Notes under the pieces: model-generated | Databases searched by the model: none | What the model was told of the DNA's origin: nothing | Seen by the model: the letters and a program-made list of their open reading frames with translations, nothing else | Position numbers and translations under genes: made by a program | From: the human T2T-CHM13v2.0 reference genome, Homo sapiens | Direction: 5' to 3' (one strand) | Length of the DNA: 64,000 nt | NCBI RefSeq assembly: GCF_009914755.1 | Contig: NC_060934.1 | Shown here: in pieces, positions 60,574 through 64,000 of the stretch | How the letters are laid out: every line of letters begins with the position of its first letter | How positions within the stretch are numbered: position 1 is the stretch's first letter

Positions 60574-62790
60574 AAGATTCTTTAGATAACAGGGTGCTTC
60601 CAAAAAAAAAAAAAAAGAAATTTCACTAATAGAAATTTTTTTTTAATTTCAAGCAAAAAGTTTCTGCTTGATTGAGGCTCAGTTATCACCTGAACAGAAT
60701 GTACTTCTTTATGTACGTGCTAATTATGAAAATCACAGGCATTGACAGGTACGGTACCCAGCCCCACCCAGGCAAACAGCTCCGACATGTTTCGTAAGTG
60801 AGACAAGCCAGTGCAAGTTTTTTTTTTTCCTTTTTTTTTTTTTGTCTTTTGCTTACCTTCTTGCTTAATGGAATTGTTATGGCTAAGCACATAGAAGGCC
60901 AAAAAAGGAGTTTTCCAAACCCAGCAAATCAAGTGCTTGGATTCTGAACTGCCAAAAGAAAACTGCACTTCCCCTCTTAAGTAAAACGAAATGAGTTTCT
61001 TAGGTAAATGTATTCATCAGCCCAGATAAAAAAAAAAACCAGTTATGTGAGCGTTAGTCACTGCTCATTTCCAGGAAGATCAAACAAAATACCAGCCCAG
61101 CCAGACTCACATGTGTGTATATATATATAAAGCAAAGAGCCACACCCACAAGCCAGCAGCTGGGTGAAATATCAGCTGTCCACGCCGTGGTATGCCAATT
61201 CGGGGAAATTACTCCTTGGAAAAACTGGAAGAATCTACTTGCTGGAAAAAATAGCTTCATCTGCATAAAAAGTGTTCTACAAAAGAATCCCTGTGGTTAG
61301 CTTACTCTTAGGTTAGATCTTCTAATAAGGCTGAAATTCAAAATCAAAACCTTAGTGTGTCCGAGTCCAGCCTGGGTTCCAGCATTCTGTTCAGGCCACT
61401 TCTGAACGGCCGAAGGTGCCTCATTCCAGACCTGCCCATTTGATGGACAGAGCAGACAGCCCGGAACAGATTCAAGCAAGAAAGTCCTCCGCACATCGTT
61501 AAATTAAAGATAAAGCCTCTATAAAAGTTAGGTTATGGTTTTCATTTTTACCTCCTTTATGGCCATTTTGAAATATTTCTTCACAGGCTGTGGAATTTTC
61601 TAGCTAAACATTCTAGTTTCTCCTTAAAAAAAATATTTATATATTATCTATATATATAATATATATATATACACACATACACATACTGTACACACAAATA
61701 TACATACACAAGAATTCTGCCCACTTTTTTAAAAAAGTAGTATACTTTCTGTATTACCAACAGATAGCTAGACAGATATGTGAAACTTGTGCCTTTTAAG
61801 CAAATACATTAACATTGGGGGTTTTTTAATACTTCTGTATCTTTAATATGTGTGAAAATGTTACATATTAAATACAGCCGGTGTGTGATCTATACAATTG
61901 TTGTGCAAGGTCTATATGAAAGTCTCAAGGTGGCAGAATTGGTCAGATTTTTCCATTTTCCTGTTTTCCATTTTAACACTGACAGTCAAGTTGCCTAAAG
62001 TGTTGAACAAATACTGACATGTAAAGGGAGTTTCACTCTATGTCTTTGTGAAGGAGGACCTTAAAGAGATTTTTTTTCTGTATTATACGTTGATACAGTA
62101 CACTGCCAGGTGAAACAAGAGCCTTAATAAAGCATGCATCGCCCACACCCCTGTATGAGACCCCCACAGAAGGGATCGCTTGCGTAAGGCACCATTATGA
62201 AGGTCAACAGTGCATTAACAGCTAGAAAACCAGAAATTAGTCCTCAAGGCATAAATAAGAGAAACATAGCTGCATGAGAAAACAGTTTCTAAGCGTTAGT
62301 GGTTTTATCCACCCAACTGAGAAAAATTTTAGGTTCTTAAGTCTAATGAAACATTAGACCAGCAATTCCCAGCCCCAGCTTTGTGACACTCAATACGTGT
62401 CCAATTTCTTCTAAGGGCATCACAGAATTCTCCAAAAAGTTAATTCAAATTCAGAATCATTTAAAAATAATCCTGTGTTGCACAATGCCTTTCCGGAAGG
62501 GGAGTGTTACAAACTTGGAGGGGAAAAAAAATTGTATATTGCCAGGCCCGGATGGCTAGGGGGTCACTGTATTAGACAGATTGGATCTTAGCTGCTCATT
62601 AACTGGAATCAGTATTGCAGTCCTGACTTAAAAATGGAAAAGCATATAGTTCCCCAGACCATGCATGACTTTTTGTATTCTAAGGAAAAGTTAAATTGTT
62701 GTGTTATATTTGTAAATACACAGCTTATACAATGGGTTACAAATGAGCTATGTTGTAGCGTGTAAAACAAGCTACTTGACACATTGCACA

Positions 62791-62796
62791 TTTAAT
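62791..62796 (-). terminator. Proximal poly(A) signal ATTAAA of KLF6
   Basis: tttaat on plus = ATTAAA on minus, ~640 nt after the stop, followed by GU/U-rich sequence. Confidence 0.65.
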
Positions 62797-63437
62797 AGCT
62801 GCACCAGACACTAAGAGTTCCTCTCACACAGAAAAGGGGGAGAGAGGCTCTCCCTCCCCACACCACTCGCCACTCTGGGGTCCTGAGTTCCCACGCCCAC
62901 CCTCCAAGATTTTCCTTCTTTTTTTGTTTTTGTTTTTTTGTTTTTTTGATTTTTCTTTTTTTTTCTAAGGTGCAGACACCCCCTCCCCCCAAGGAAATGA
63001 TTGGTGGTCATCTCATCTCATGGTATACTCCTTACACACAAAACATTCAAACTACTTTTTTTCCATCTCTTGCAGTCTTGCTAACCACAAGGAAAAAAAG
63101 TTGGCCTCATCATACGGTCAGTAATAGATCCTCAACATACAATCAACCCAACCATTAGCATTCTCAGTGTGCATGCTCACGGCAAAGGCTTAGGCGCCGC
63201 TCGGAAGGGCGGGTACCAGTGGCGAGTCCAGGGTCACCCACATACCATGCACCACGGGTGCTATGCCACTTCTTACAGGACCTTTTTAGCCCTCAAAAGA
63301 CCTTCCAAGGAGAGGCCCTGGAGGCAACTGGGTAGGGTGCAGAACGGCATGCTTTGGCTGGAACACGCATCCCTCCTTCCACGGCCGGCTCTCAGCCTGG
63401 AAGCCTTTTAGCCTACAGGATCCACCTCTCTGCTCCC

Positions 63438-63489
63438 TCAGAGGTGCCTCTTCATGTGCAGGGCCAGGTGGTCAGACCTGGAAAAACAC
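63438..63489 (-). CDS. KLF6: KLF6 (Kruppel-like factor 6) last coding exon, C-terminal half of zinc finger 3 plus stop
   Basis: Minus strand reads ...ttgcccttgcag|G TGT TTT TCC AGG TCT GAC CAC CTG GCC CTG CAC ATG AAG AGG CAC CTC TGA = (R)CFSRSDHLALHMKRHL*. 'CFSR...KRHL' is the KLF6 C-terminus (KLF7 ends HI; KLF1 has AFSR). The downstream UTR (GGGAGCAGAGAGGTGGATCCTGTAGGCTAAAAGG...) matches my recollection of KLF6 mRNA. Too short to appear in the ORF track. Confidence 0.97.
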
Positions 63490-64000
63490 CTGCAAGGGCA
63501 AATCAGAAGCACAGAAGAAGTTAGGTTCCCATCCCTTGCCAGTGTTCTGGACCAGCGCCCTCACCTCCCTGCCCTGCCCAGCCTAACCCCCTGCAGGGAA
63601 AGGTGGGATTCTCCTCCCAAGCCTCATCAGTGTCTTCAGGGACAGGAGATACCAACTGATAGGAATGTGAATTAAGAATGTCCCCCACCAGTGGCTGGAG
63701 GTTCTTTGGAGAATCTGAACGGACTTCATTTCTAATTCTTCAAATATGAAAACTGTTGAAAGGCCAATCTCCAAACATATCAATAAACTGACTCCAATGT
63801 CAGGTGTATGTGGAACAGTTCTTCCTAACCATGGACAATGAGCACACCAGAAACTTTCTAAAAAGTCCCAGGCTTGAAAAGAAATGTTCACACATAGGAA
63901 ACTGCATGCCTTCCTTCGAATGTGCCCTGCACACCTACTCAACCCTGGTCATCACATTCCCAAGGCCCCACGCTCCTTGCCCAGCATTGTCCTCAGGCAC
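63490..64000 (-). other. KLF6: KLF6 last intron (3' part) with branch point and acceptor
   Basis: Minus strand: CCTAAC branch-point match at 63520-63525, pyrimidine tract TTCTTCTGTGCTTCTGATTTGCCCTTG, CAG acceptor at 63490-63492. Confidence 0.9.

Larger units (their letters stand above)
59895..63437 (-). other. KLF6: KLF6 3' UTR (long isoform; distal end approximate)
   Basis: Follows the TGA. Free of interspersed repeats, U-rich on the minus strand, with several poly(A) signals and seed matches to conserved miRNA families. Distal end placed ~17-20 nt past the AATAAA at 59912-59917. Confidence 0.85.

Noticed and set aside
59895-63437. First impression that the UTR belonged to BCL2 or RUNX1
   Set aside because: The adjacent coding sequence translates to the KLF6 C-terminal zinc finger.
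63583-63942. 119-aa minus-strand ORF upstream of the last KLF6 exon
   Set aside because: Intronic, with no KLF homology; it stops before the acceptor.

Overview
Primate, almost certainly human, genomic DNA: about 60 kb of repeat-rich, gene-poor sequence lying immediately 3' of KLF6. The right end carries, on the minus strand, the 3' part of KLF6's last intron and its terminal exon. That exon has a 52-nt coding stretch translating to (R)CFSRSDHLALHMKRHL-stop, the end of zinc finger 3, followed by a ~3.5-kb 3' UTR with three candidate poly(A) sites and many miRNA seed matches. The rest is Alus (16 copies or fragments, many with readable target-site duplications, TSDs), old L1M/L2/MIR fragments, solo LTRs (THE1, MLT1, MLT2, LTR8, a MER4-group LTR), DNA-transposon fossils (Tigger2-type, MER2, MER20, MER1B) and simple repeats. 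Almost every ORF in the supplied track is a repeat-derived or chance ORF; the only long protein-like one is L1 ORF2. I see no CRISPR array, tRNA, rRNA or novel protein-coding system. The most striking structure is a young L1PA2-like insertion at 54910-56354. It has a twin-priming 5' inversion and a ~220-bp 3' transduction of foreign flanking DNA with its own ATTAAA and poly(A), all within an 18-bp TSD. Other points of interest are a perfect 15-bp hairpin, a local duplication that preserves an Alu pre-insertion site, a template-switch scar, clustered AP-1/KLF motifs with consensus splice sites suggesting a minus-strand spliced lncRNA/eRNA, and an in-frame cryptic acceptor in the last KLF6 exon. 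Repeat subfamily names come from my recall of consensus sequences, not from a RepeatMasker run.
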